From Felis catus (Eukaryota), in NCBI RefSeq assembly GCF_018350175.1, contig NC_058368.1, forward strand, positions 101,000,001-101,064,000: DNA of 64,000 bases, in the 5' to 3' direction. A model generated the notes under the pieces. That model saw nothing but the letters and a program-made list of their open reading frames with translations. It was not told where the DNA came from and searched no databases. Each line of letters starts with the position of its first letter. Position 1 is the stretch's first letter. Positions 51,309 to 63,658 of the stretch are shown piece by piece. A program made the position numbers and the translations under genes.

Positions 51309-52223
51309 ATTCCTGCCTTCCACTGCAGTTTCACAAAAATATTTCTGTTCTTAACTCTATCACACCCCATGGGAAATTATTAATCATAATAATGGTTGTG
51401 TTTGCCTTGGTAAGAAGAGAGTGGAATTTCTGTATCCTCCCTGAATGCTGCCTTGTATCAGTTCTCATTGACCACTTGTGTGGCAGGCCGTTTAATGACA
51501 ACCAGTCCCAGGCCCCAGCCCAGTATGTGATGTCACTCTACTGCTCCCCTCATCTAGAGATGGGTCGCGCCCCCCCCCCGCCCCCCTGAATCTGGGCTGG
51601 CCTTGTTTGCTGTGTCCAGTAGAATGTGGTGGAACTGAGGTGGTCCCCGAGGCGCAGGCTCCAGTGGCCTTGCAGTTCTGCCCTTTCCACCGGGGGCGCT
51701 GAGAGGCCACGCGGGGCAGGATCGGGCCCCACCAGCAGCACCGGCCGCCAGGCCTGTGAGGGAGCCAGCCGGGACCACCGGCCCAGAGAAGCGTGAGACA
51801 CAGGAAGGTGGTGTTGCTTACAGACGCCAAGTTTTGGGGGCTGATCCATCCTGTGGCAACTGGTAACAGCCACACCCTGTCACCACCGTGGATCTGTACT
51901 TAGGATCTAGGAGCTTGTTTCCTTAAGAGAATCCCGGGAACATCCTCCTATTTAGGCTGCTACGCCCCAGGCCCAAGGGTGGGAGGGCTCCATCCCAGAT
52001 GAGTAATGTCGGGAATCCCCATTCTGTTCAGAGCGCGGCAGAAATGCCTCACTCAGTACCTTCCTAACTTCCCTCTCTTCCTTCTTGTGCTGTGAGGGCT
52101 GGAATGCCAAAACTACATTCCCCAAGTCGTCCTTGTGGCCCGTGTCCACATGTGACCTTGCTGTCACCAAGAAGACATGATTTTTAGGATTAGGAGGCAG
52201 AGATGACCAACGTGAGCGGTGGC

Positions 52224-52725
52224 CGGGGTGCCTGGGTGGCTCAGTCGGTTAAGGGTTTGACGCTTGGTTTCAGCTCAGGTCATGATCTCACGGTTTGTGT
52301 GATGGGACCCCACCTCGGGCTCTGTGCTGACAGTGCAGAGCCTGCTTGGGATTCCCTCTCTCTCCTTCTCTCTGCCTCTCCCCCACTCATGTGCTTTGTA
52401 TCTCTCTCAAAATAAATAAATAAATAAATGTATAATTAATTAATTAAATATATATACATTATATATGTTAACATATATATATATAAGTTTTAAAAATGTA
52501 ATTAGTGGGTCGCCTGGGTGGCTCAGTCGGTTAAGCGTCCGACTTCGGCTCAGGTCATGATCTCACGTTCCGTGAGTTCGAGCCCCGCGTCGGGCTCTGT
52601 GCTGACGGCTCAGAGCCTGGAGCCTGTTTCAGATTCTGTGTCTCCCTCTCTCTGACCCTTCCCCGTTCATGCTGTCTCTCTCTGTCTCAAAAATAAATAA
52701 ATGTTAAAAAAAATTTTTTTTTAAA
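52224..52725 (+). mobile_element. Two Can-SINEs (52224-52430 and young 52506-52725)
   Basis: Second element has TSD aaaaatgtaattagtg. Confidence 0.9.
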
Positions 52726-53468
52726 TAAAAATGTAATTAGTGATTTTTTCCCCCATGGCATGAGGAAATGAGGAAATGATTATCTCCTCCCCAGATATCA
52801 TAGACATTTTTTAGAGAATATTCTTTGGATGAATGAAGGAAATTCCATACTGAAAAAGTTAACATCAGATCACAAATGTATTTTGGTTTAAAATATAAAA
52901 TAAATCAGAAGCAATTTGGCTCAATCAGCCAAAATATCATAAAAAAAAGGGTTTTCATTTCAGGTTACTTTGGCTTGTCTTTGCTAGATAGTCAATGGGA
53001 AGAAACAAAAGCAAACCAAAGCTAAGTTCTCGCTTCTGATGAGGTGAACCCCATGCAGAAGAACTGTGAAGGACCAGTACTTTGATTGACAGGCAGGGGG
53101 AGGTTCAAAGGGAAGGAAGCTTTATGGGGCAGGGAGAGTCCTGTTGCAAAAACACAGCTTGCTTGTCTAGGTGGTGCTTTGAGCCCCAACTCAATCTCTG
53201 TGGCATCCACCTTGGGACAAGCCCAGGCAGCTGACCATCAGAGAGAACTCAATATATCATGCCTGGCATTGGCTGCTTCTCCCTGAGGGGAGAAGGTCAT
53301 TCCCTAGGATGTCCCCTTTATCCTCTTTACCCATAACAATGCGATGAATACATTGTGGTATATATTTTTTTTAAGTTTCGAGTAGTAAGGACAATCTATT
53401 TGACTGAAGATTTTTCAAACTCTTTCCTCTTGTTCAAATTCTACTACCTACTTCAGAAATGCCATTTG

Positions 53469-53940
53469 TGGGGCGCTTCAGTTGGTTAAGTGTCCGGCTT
53501 CAGCTCAGGTCACGATCTCGCCGTTCACAAGTTCAACCACCACGTTGGGCTCTGTGCTGGAAGCTTGGAGCCTGGAACCAGCTTCAGATTCTGTGTCTCC
53601 CTCTCTCTGCCCCTTTCTAGCTCACGCTCTGTCTCTCCCTCAAAAATAAATATTTTTTAAAAACAGAAGAAATTCCATTTGCAGTGCCCTGTAGCCCAGG
53701 TGTCTGACACTGACTTTTTATTATTTTCTTAATTTTTATATTAAAAATGTTTTTTAAATGTGTATTTATTTTTGAGAGAGAGGGACAGAAAGGTAGAGAG
53801 AGACAGACACAGAATCTGAAGCAGGCTCTAGGCTCCGAGCTGTCAGCACTGAGCCCAACGTGGGGCTCAAACTCATGAAATGCAAGATCATGACCACAGC
53901 CAAAGTCAGACGCTTAACCGACTGAGCCACCCAGGTACCC
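53469..53940. mobile_element. Tail-to-tail Can-SINE pair (+ 53469-53655, - 53735-53940)
   Basis: Opposite-orientation SINEs ~80 bp apart. Confidence 0.85.
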
Positions 53941-54420
53941 AACACTTTAACTTTTTTAATGAACAAGTGCTGAAAAATTCGTTGCTTTGAGACCATCTTC
54001 CTTGAGTTGTCCACGTGAAGAGACAAACATGCTAACTACATGACTGTAGATTTCAGCTATCCTACAGACATGTACAAATTAATGTGCATTTCAGTATTAT
54101 AATAAAAACTTTGGTTGTTTTATGTAAAATACAGAAAAAGGGGACAGATTAGGGTTTGTTTCTATTAAATACTCAATAAGGTATCATTGATCCATTGTTC
54201 CCAACTTTTATTCCTGTGCATGTCAACATTAGATTTGTTTCTGGAGCTTCCTCTCTACCATTTAAGGGGGATTTAGTCTACATTTACCTTTTTTTTCCCT
54301 AGTCATTTCTATTTTCCCTGATGGAAGTTGGAACTTATAACAGCATGCAAAATACATTAAAATGCTTTCTCTTCCTTTCTTATTTTCAACCATCTCTTCC
54401 TTTGAAAATTCAGAAGCTCT

Positions 54421-54625
54421 GGGGGCGTCTGGGTGCCTCAGTCACTTAAGCATCCCACTTCGGCTCAGGTCACGATCTCATGGTTCATGAGTTCAAACCC
54501 CACTTTGCTTTGGCTGCTATCAGCGCAGAGCCTGCTTCAGATCCTCAGTCTCCCTCTCTCTCTGCCCCCTCTCCTGCTCCTGCTTTCTGTCTCAAAAATA
54601 AGCATTAAAAAAAATTTCCTAAAAA
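54421..54625 (+). mobile_element. Can-SINE
   Basis: Head and tail. Confidence 0.85.
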
Positions 54626-55479
54626 AAATTCAAAATTTCTGATCATTACCTCATGGTTACTCTAGCTGATAAGGTGGTTATAAAAGAAACATATTTATAG
54701 AAGTATCATAGTTATTCAAGATTATCATATAATCTTGAATTACACACTTTACACAGTTGGCACAAACATTTATAATAGAGTAGAAAAAAAACACAACAGA
54801 GTTTTCTGGATGACTTGGCAGATTGAACATACTTGTCTAATTTTGCTCCTTCTTGAAGCCCTATGAAGACCACGGTAAAGAGGTTTAAGGTAAAAGATAA
54901 ACTTACCAGGCCAGGATGGATATAACAGGAGATAAGAACACCGTTTTGTAAACTGAAAAATGGATGGATGGGAGGCGTCTTAGCAAATGCAGGGAACCAC
55001 ATTCTAAACCTGGAGTGGGGCAGTGAAGACCCAAGCTGACTTGTCTGTGCAGTCCTCACAGGCTAGGAACTGGCAGCAGAGGAGGCTTCTGGAATCTGAG
55101 GGGGAGGGTTGGAATGCAGAGCAAAATCAGGAGGCCTGATGAGAGCTGTTGTAGCATGGATGGAATATACCCCTCACTGCCCTCCACTCTGGGCATTGGT
55201 CCCTCGCCAGCCCCGTGGGGCCCTGGAGGTTAATTTCCTGTAGAAGTCCAGAGGATGTCCAGACTGGAAGATGCCAGGCAGCACTAAGCGGGAGGGCGGA
55301 GAGGGGGGCTACCATATGTAAACAGTAAAACGAAGCAAATGTTTGTGGACTAAATAATCCTCTCAGCCTTTTCTGCTGTTTAACTCTCCAAAGACAGATT
55401 GCTCTACAGCGAAACCCACCGTGGGTAAGCCCAAACCAAACATCTCAAAACTTCCACTCGGCTTTCATTTTCGCCATGT

Positions 55480-56900
55480 TAAACGTAAGCCAACAGCCAA
55501 AGATTGCCAAACATCTGAGGGATGTCACTAACCCTGAAGGTAGACGCTAAAATCAACCAAAAGGGAGAAAACCAAATTGGAGACATTAGAAGCAGTGCAG
55601 AGAGAAGAAAACAACACGGCAAAACACCCCCCAATTCATTACTAGTTTCAGAGAATTAAGGGAAGATACTGCATCTAGGGAACAAATGCTATTAGCCAAA
55701 ACAAAACAAAACAAACAAACAAACAAAAAACAAAACCCCAAAGACTTCTAAAGAGCAAAAAATAACTTTAAGAAACTAAGAGCAAAATAGCAAAAACAGT
55801 GCTAGGGTTGGGATTAGGAATGTTGAAGAAGAAGGGCGCCTTGGTGGCTCAGTCGGTTAAGCATGCAACTTTGGCTCAGGTCATGGTCTCATGGTTCATG
55901 AGTTCAAGCCCTGCTTCAGGCTCTGTGCTGACAGCTCGCAGCCTGGAGCCTGCTTCAGATTCTGTGTCTCCCTCTCTCTCTGCTCCTCCCCTGTGAGCAT
56001 TCTGTCTCTCTCTCTCTCTCAAAAAAAAAAAAAAAGTTAAAGAAGAAAGTTGAAGAAAATTTCCAGAAGATGGAGGAAAAAAGATAAAGAAATGGCAAGT
56101 AGAAGATTAAAGACAATAAAATTAGGTAACTAATACAGATGTTTCAACAATAGCTTAGAAAAAGAGAGCATAGAGAAAAGAGGGGGAGGAAGCAAAAAAA
56201 ATTTTTTTTTAATTTTTGAAAAGGTTCCCATCTCAACTGAAGGAGCCACTAGGTATCCAGCACCATGAATTATGGTGATCCACAGCAAAGGACGTCATTT
56301 TAAACAGTTAAAATAGGAGGAAGAGTCTAAACGATTCAGAAAAGGAAAAAAGCATCACGTACAACGGATTAGGAATCACGAGGTGCCCAGGTGGCTCAGT
56401 CGGTTAAGCATCCCACTCCTGATTTCGGCTCAGGTCGCGATCTCATGGTTCGTGAAATCGAGCCCCATGTTGACTGTGCTGACAGCACAGAGCCTGCTTG
56501 GGATTCTCTCTCTCCCTCTCTGTCTCTCTCTCTGCCCTTCCCCAGCTGGCACTTTCTCTGTGTCTTTCAAAATAAATAAATAAACCTTAAAAAAAAAAAC
56601 AGTGAAGGAATCAGAATTCTCATTTCTCAGCTGCATCAGGAGAAGCTGTAAGGCAATTGAGGAGTACTTCCAAATTCTGAAGCAAAGTTATTTCCTGCCC
56701 AGAATGCGCTGCCAGCCGAAATATCAGTCCAGTGTAGGATAAAGACATTTTCAGATGTGAAAGCTCTAAAAATGTTTCCCTTCTGTGCACCCTTCCTCAG
56801 GAAGCTCCCGGAGACTGTGCCACCAAGGCAAGGGAGGCAAGAAGCCAGGAAAGAGGAAGACGCGGCATGCTGTATGCAGGGCTGGAACACATGAGCGTGG
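55480..56900 (+). mobile_element. Ancient L1 ORF1-region remnant, interrupted by SINEs at 55833-56035 and 56381-56600
   Basis: A-rich + strand; cttccaaattctgaag..cccagaat..ataaagacattttcagat resembles the 3' part of L1 ORF1. Confidence 0.55.
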
Positions 56901-57202
56901 TCACAGCGATCCTCGGGATAATTGGGAACAGGATGCCAGGATGACAGCTGCACAACAGGTGAGGAGGGAAACCAGTCCCGACTGGAACAGTGTGACTCAG
57001 GAGATAGACATCGTCCCTTATGTTCCTCTTTTCTCCTCATGAACCTGTTAGAGGCCGTGTTCTGCCAAAATGAGGGGGTGCGCCAAGCATGAGAGTCAGG
57101 AGACGGGGATTCTAAACCTGGAGATGGGCAAAGGCAGTTCCAGATGGCAGCCGAGGGAGAGGAGAGTTTTCTAAGAGAGATGTCTACAGAAATAAACCCG
57201 TA

Positions 57203-57205
<3 letters not shown>

Positions 57206-57241
<36 letters not shown>

Positions 57242-57295
57242 ATAAGCCCATACATATGTATGTGTGTGTATATATATATATATATGGCCTTTATA

Positions 57296-57328
<33 letters not shown>

Positions 57329-57420
57329 GGCCTATATATGTGTGCGTGTATATATATATATATATATATGGCCTATATATGTGTGCGTGTATATATATAT
57401 ATATATATATGGCCTATATA

Positions 57421-57455
<35 letters not shown>

Positions 57456-57465
57456 GGCCTATATA

Positions 57466-57498
<33 letters not shown>

Positions 57499-57625
57499 GG
57501 CCTTTATATGTGTGTGTGTGTATATATATATATATGGCCTATATATGTGCGTGTATATATATATATATATATGGCCTATATATGTGTGCGTGTATATATA
57601 TATATATATATATATGGCCTATATA

Positions 57626-57658
<33 letters not shown>

Positions 57659-57668
57659 GGCCTATATA

Positions 57669-57699
<31 letters not shown>

Positions 57700-57785
57700 G
57701 GCCTTTATATGTGTGTGTGTGTATATATATATATATGGCCTATATATGTGCGTGTATATATATATATATATATATGGCCTATATA

Positions 57786-57818
<33 letters not shown>

Positions 57819-57828
57819 GGCCTATATA

Positions 57829-57861
<33 letters not shown>

Positions 57862-58025
57862 GGCCTATATATGTGTGTGTGTATATATATATATATATAT
57901 GGCCTTTATATGTGTGTGTGTATATATATATATATGGCCTATATATGTGTGCGTGTATATATATATATATATATGGCCTATATATGTGTGCGTGTATATA
58001 TATATATATATATATGGCCTATATA

Positions 58026-58064
<39 letters not shown>

Positions 58065-58074
58065 GGCCTATATA

Positions 58075-58107
<33 letters not shown>

Positions 58108-58124
58108 GGCCTTTATATGTGTGG

Positions 58125-58161
<37 letters not shown>

Positions 58162-58246
58162 CTATACATGTGTGCGTGTATATATATATATATATGGCCT
58201 ATATATGTGTGCGTGTATATATATATATATATATATGGCCTATATA

Positions 58247-58285
<39 letters not shown>

Positions 58286-58295
58286 GGCCTATATA

Positions 58296-58326
<31 letters not shown>

Positions 58327-58336
58327 GGCCTTTATA

Positions 58337-58371
<35 letters not shown>

Positions 58372-58459
58372 GGCCTATACATGTGTGCGTGTATATATAT
58401 ATATATATATGGCCTATATATGTGTGCGTGTATATATATATATATATATGGCCTATATA

Positions 58460-58490
<31 letters not shown>

Positions 58491-58578
58491 GGCCTATATA
58501 TGTGTGTGTGTATATATATATATATATATGGCCTATATATGTGTGTGTGTATATATATATATATATATGGCCTTTATA

Positions 58579-58611
<33 letters not shown>

Positions 58612-58660
58612 GGCCTATACATGTGTGCGTGTATATATATATATATATATGGCCTATATA

Positions 58661-58695
<35 letters not shown>

Positions 58696-58705
58696 GGCCT
58701 TTATA

Positions 58706-58736
<31 letters not shown>

Positions 58737-58869
58737 GGCCTATATATGTGTGCGTGTGTATATATATATATATATATATATATGGCCTATATATGTGCGT
58801 GTGTATATATATATATATATATATGGCCTATATATGTGTGTGTGTGTATATATATATATGGCCTTTATA

Positions 58870-58902
<33 letters not shown>

Positions 58903-58999
58903 GGCCTATATATGTGTGCGTGTATATATATATATATATATATATGGCCTATATACGTGTGTGTGTATATATATATATAGCCTATATATACACACACAC
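57206..58999. repeat. Compound minisatellite [(TA)n-TGGCCT-(A/T)TATAT-(GT)n], ~41-42 units
   Basis: 41 GGCC cores counted by hand plus degenerate end units; preceded by (GT)n and ends in (AC)n. Confidence 0.97.
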
Positions 59000-59044
59000 T
59001 GATAGGCTGTGCAGGGGCTATTTAATGTTTTAAAAGGCTATTGA

Positions 59045-59260
59045 AGGATGGGTGGCTCAGTTGGTTAAGCATCCAACTCTTAGTTTTGGCTCAGGTTATA
59101 ATCTCACAGTCATGAGATTGAGCTGAGCATCAGGCTCAGTGCTGACAGCATAGAGCCTGCTTGGGATTCTCTCTCTCCCTCTCTCTGTCCCCCTCACCCC
59201 CGCTTGCATGTGCTCTCTCTCTCAAAATAAATAAATAAGCATTTAAAAAACTAAAAAAAA
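59045..59260 (+). mobile_element. Can-SINE
   Basis: TSD aaa(a/g)gctattgaagg. Confidence 0.88.
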
Positions 59261-59895
59261 AAGCTATTGAAGGTACAGGAAGAATTAGTAAGAAACTAAG
59301 CAAAGACAGTAAGAAAATGAAAAAAAAATCAAGGCAATTATTCATTTCAGGAAAAACAAAGAGTATACAACATTGAATATGTTTACCCAAAAATTGTACT
59401 GTAATGATACTGGGAGGATGGGGGATGTGAAAGAGATAGATGCTGGTATACAAAACCTCAGTCCTTAAATCCCTTAAACAGAAAGTCACATGATAATGTC
59501 TAAAAGAGAGGAAGCAAAGACAGCATAATTACATATAGTATCTAAGACTGATGGTTGCGACTTACTTGTTAAAGAATTCATCAAAAATGTGAGTGCATAA
59601 CTATGTGGATGTAGATATGTGCTTTTTGTAATTTTTCATAATAAAAATTTATGGATAAAGTTATAGGACCTAGAAAAACAAAGCTGTGTAAATGCTGGAA
59701 GCAACAATTCAAAGGGGTACTCCCAGAAGACAGAGATGAGAGGTATGGTAAAGGGGTGAGTCAGGGACCAGTGTTTTTTATGAAAAGCCTTTTAGTTGAT
59801 ACTTTCTGACTTTGTGAATGATGAGCATACCTCACTTAGATAAAAATAAAAATTTACTCAAAAATTTTTATTATTTTTTTAATTAAAAAAATTTT

Positions 59896-60341
59896 GGGGG
59901 GGCACCTGGGTGGCTCAGTCGGTTAAGTGTCTGACTTCAGCTCAGGTCATGATCTCACAGTCTGTGAGTTCGAGCCCTGCATCAGGCTCTGTGCGGACAG
60001 CTCGGAGCCTGGAGCCTGCTTAGGATTCTGTGTCTCCCTCTCTCTCTCTGCCCCTCCCATGCTCATGCTCTGTCTCAAAAAAATAAAAACATTTAAAAAA
60101 AATTTAAAAAAATTTTTTAATGTTTATTTAGTTTTGAGAGGGAGAGAAGGAAAGAGAGAGAGAGAGAGAAAGTCTGAACATGAGAGGGGGAGGGGTAGAG
60201 AGGGAGACAGAGAATCCGAAGCAGGCTCCAGGCTCCAGACTGACAGCACGGAGCCTGACTCAGGGCTTGAAGCCACAAACTGTGAGATTATGATCTGAAC
60301 TGAAGTCAGACACTTAACTGACTGAGCCACCCAGGTGCCCC
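59896..60341. mobile_element. Abutting inverted Can-SINE pair (+ 59896-60110, - 60113-60341)
   Basis: A tail of the + copy runs straight into the T tail of the - copy. Confidence 0.92.
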
Positions 60342-61719
60342 TGCTTAAAAATTTAAAGAAAGAAGAGAAAAAAAGGACTCAAGGTCCAATTACATTCTAC
60401 TCACTACTAGTTACATGACTAGGCAAGTCCTTAACCACAAAGACCACGGCGTTCTGAACTGTTCTGTGGAGAAGTTCCACTGGCCCCTCTACTTCAAGTC
60501 AAAATCATTGCTACTCTCTTCAGATACAGCTTATTTGTTGATTTAAACCTTATCTTTCATAATTACTTTAAATTTTGTATGTCTAAAGGTCCCAAACTCT
60601 TTCCTGATTGTCCATTCGCGTTGAATAGAAAAGTAACTCTTGATGATGACTTTAGCTGTTTGTCACAAAAATTGGCACTTGCACTTGGGTTTATCTTCTG
60701 TACGGTCAACAAGAAAACCTGGTCTTCCTAGATTCCTAGTCTTTAACATGGAAAAAAATATGGAGCATGTGGAACAAAAATAGCTCAAATGTAGAATCAC
60801 TAGGGAAATAATTTGGACTTACATAGTTAAATGAAAAATCTCCAAAGTCATATTCGCCAGAATTACATCCAAGAACAACGTTTTATTTAGCAACTAACTG
60901 AGATGAATAGCAGCTTCAGTAGCTCTAAGCAAAGGCTCTATTCATCAAATTTAAGGACACAGGCAAAGGAAATTGATTCATTTCTGGACCTGATTGAGTT
61001 TCCACAGTTGGATGCATTGGAGGGAGACACGGCCTGAATGCTTCAATTCTGTGGTCATTGCCTGCATGTAATCTGGTCTGGAACACCCTGCCCTTGTGTC
61101 CTCAGGTCCGACCAGTTCCCCCACATGGAAGGGACTCTTGCAGCCGTACCATTTTCATGATAATCAATGAGATCTTTAAGAAATACTTGTGATCTTTCCA
61201 TGGAAGCACAGCTTTCTCTTAGGAGATGCCTGTATTTAGGAAACAGGAAATGCGTGAAACATTGGAATACCCTTATGAGAAGGAAGGCTTAGCTTGGTGC
61301 CTTGGACGAAGGTGGTGTTCCAGCAATGCTTGTTAAATCAATCACAGGTCTCCTATTAAACTTACTATACTTGACACAGTTACAAGATTTATGTTCTCCT
61401 CCTCCCCCTCATCCTGAGAGTCTGCTTGGGAGTCAGAAGGCCCCTCTCCCATGCCATGTTATCATTACCATTTCTGTAGTTCTTTTGAGTCACTGAGTCG
61501 CACTGGCTTTAGAGATGTCTTAACTCACCTCTAGACTGTGAAGGCGGGGGCCGGGTCTGTCTAATTCGCCCTTCACAAGGCATCTAGCAGGTGCTTAGAA
61601 AATACTTGTTAGAGGAACAGGCTTGGTTCTTGCTCTCCAGTCTCATCACCCAGGAAGCTCGTTGGGTGTCTAGATGCTAGGTTCCATAATTAACTCATTA
61701 ACTTGGGTTTGTAAGCCTT

Positions 61720-61930
61720 GCTCCTAGAGTCCAAAGACCCTGGGTTTGAGCCCTAGTTTGACCTATTGATTATGGGGCCTCAGACCACCTACTTAAACTC
61801 TCCAAGCTACAGTGTCTTCATCTCTAAAAAGGAGGTGATAACCTTCACAAGATTTTGATGAGAGTTTAGTGAAATTACATATCTAGGATGGTCTAAGAAT
61901 TGAGCACATCATACGTACTCAGCAATGCTG
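61720..61930 (+). mobile_element. MIR remnant
   Basis: cctgggtttgagccctagt..acttaaactctccaag..cttcatctctaaaa resembles the MIR core. Confidence 0.6.
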
Positions 61931-62029
61931 GATCGTTTCTGTTCACCGAGTAGGTTCCTGATTAATAGAACTTGAAAGTAGTAAGAAGGGGCTGCTAACT
62001 AGTTTTAATGGTTTAAAAAGACGGACAGT

Positions 62030-62262
62030 TGGGGCGCCTGGGTGACACAGTCAGTTAAGCGTCCGACTTCAGCCAGGTCACGATCTCGCGGTCCGTGGGT
62101 TCGAGCCCCGCATTGGGCTCTGGGCTGATGGCTCAGAGCCTGGAGCCTGTTTCCGATTCTGTGTCTCCCTCTCTCTCTGCCCCTCCCCCGTTCATGCTCT
62201 GTCTCTCTCTGTCCCAAATAAATAAATAAACGTTGAAAAAAAAAATTAAAAAAAAAAAAAAA
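62030..62262 (+). mobile_element. Young SINEC_Fc-type SINE
   Basis: Full head, long A tail, aaaaagacg(g/a)ac TSD-like flanks. Confidence 0.92.
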
Positions 62263-62622
62263 AGACGAACCGAACTGTTATATTGACTTCAACTTGTGTT
62301 ATATTAACAAAAACGTTAAGCTCTTTAGGGAAATGTATCAACTTACTGTCTTATGTTAGTAGGCAATCTTTCTCAGAACATGCATGTCTCAGATTAATTA
62401 AAAATGAACTATTCATATATGTAACTTAGTGTACAAACACTCAAAATTTAAGAAGTGTCCTTGGTTTCTTAGAACTATGTTGGATCTTTGGTTATATAGG
62501 ATGACCCGTGTTTGGGGCCTGGCTCTCAGCTCTGTAATTACAACGGGCTTACAGAATTTGGAGGACTGGGTGTTCACCGCTGGACATTTTGAGTGTGTTT
62601 AGCAATGAAACTAAACCAGTTT

Positions 62623-62748
62623 TGGGGTGTCTGGGTCGTTCAGTCGGTTGAGCGTTGGACTCTTGATTTCAGATCAGGTCATGATCCCAGGGTTGTGGGA
62701 CTGAGCCCCGGGTCCCGGGCTCTGTGCTGGGCTTGGAGCCTGCTTGGG

Positions 62749-62784
<36 letters not shown>

Positions 62785-62840
62785 CCTTCCCTCTCCTCAA
62801 AAAAAAAAAAAAAAACAACAAAAAAACAACAACAAAAAAA
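62623..62840 (+). mobile_element. Can-SINE
   Basis: Head, (CT)n, A-rich tail. Confidence 0.85.
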
Positions 62841-63454
62841 CAACCCAACAGTTTTACAACGATAAGAACACATGTTCCAACTAGACTAAGCGAGTATAAT
62901 TTTGCCTGAAAGTCATCACAACTACACACATCTAGTTCCTGTTAGAGGATTTTCTTGCACATTACTAAATAGTGGATAATGACTCATTTTACCACATGCT
63001 TTTATTATTAGATGGCCAGAATCTCACAGTGGCATGAAATGACTGTGGCCTTCTAAAGAAAAATAGAGTTATATTTAAATAGTCCAGATTATTTGTGAAA
63101 TCCTGTAAAACCCTCAGCTCACTTGCATTTTACTCTTTAAAATGTTTCAAGACATGATCAGCTAGAATACTTTGGGGAGATAGGGTAGAGATATAAAATC
63201 AAAGAAGAGTAACTATTTACCAGCCTCCTGAATACACTATAAAAACCCTAATGATTTCATGAGACTTCATCTGTTTATTTGTTTATTACCAAATTCCTCT
63301 GGGACTGTTTGTGGCATTAAAAAAAAAGCAGAAGGGAGAGGAAGAGAGAGATCTTTTGGTGTGTTGGTACTATTTCTTAATTTCTTTAATATGTAGAGAT
63401 TTTTATGTTACTGTATATATTAATTAATATATATTTAATATATATCATATATAT

Positions 63455-63658
63455 ATTTAATGTTTATTTATTTTGGAGAAAGAGAGAGAGAGACAGAGTG
63501 CAAGCTGGGGATGGGAAGAGAAGGAGACAGAATTCGAAGAAGGCTCCAGGCTCTGAGCTGTCAGCACAGAGCCCAATGCAGGGCTTGAACCCACGAACAG
63601 TGAGATTGTGACCTGAGCCAAAGTCAGATGCTTAACCAACTGAGCCACCCAGGTGCCT
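63455..63658 (-). mobile_element. Can-SINE
   Basis: Reverse head and tail. Confidence 0.88.

Noticed and set aside
57240..58999. CRISPR-like look (constant core with variable-length spacers)
   Set aside because: Spacers are only TA/GT runs, not unique sequences; mammalian DNA with no cas genes
57206..59033. Three overlapping ~590-aa ORFs rich in C/V/Y/I
   Set aside because: Artefact of a TA/GT repeat that lacks stop codons; all three frames give the same low-complexity pattern
5572..63658. tRNA-like A/B boxes and recurring MAQSVKR.. / ERERETE.. ORFs
   Set aside because: All belong to tRNA-derived Can-SINEs; not tRNA genes or proteins
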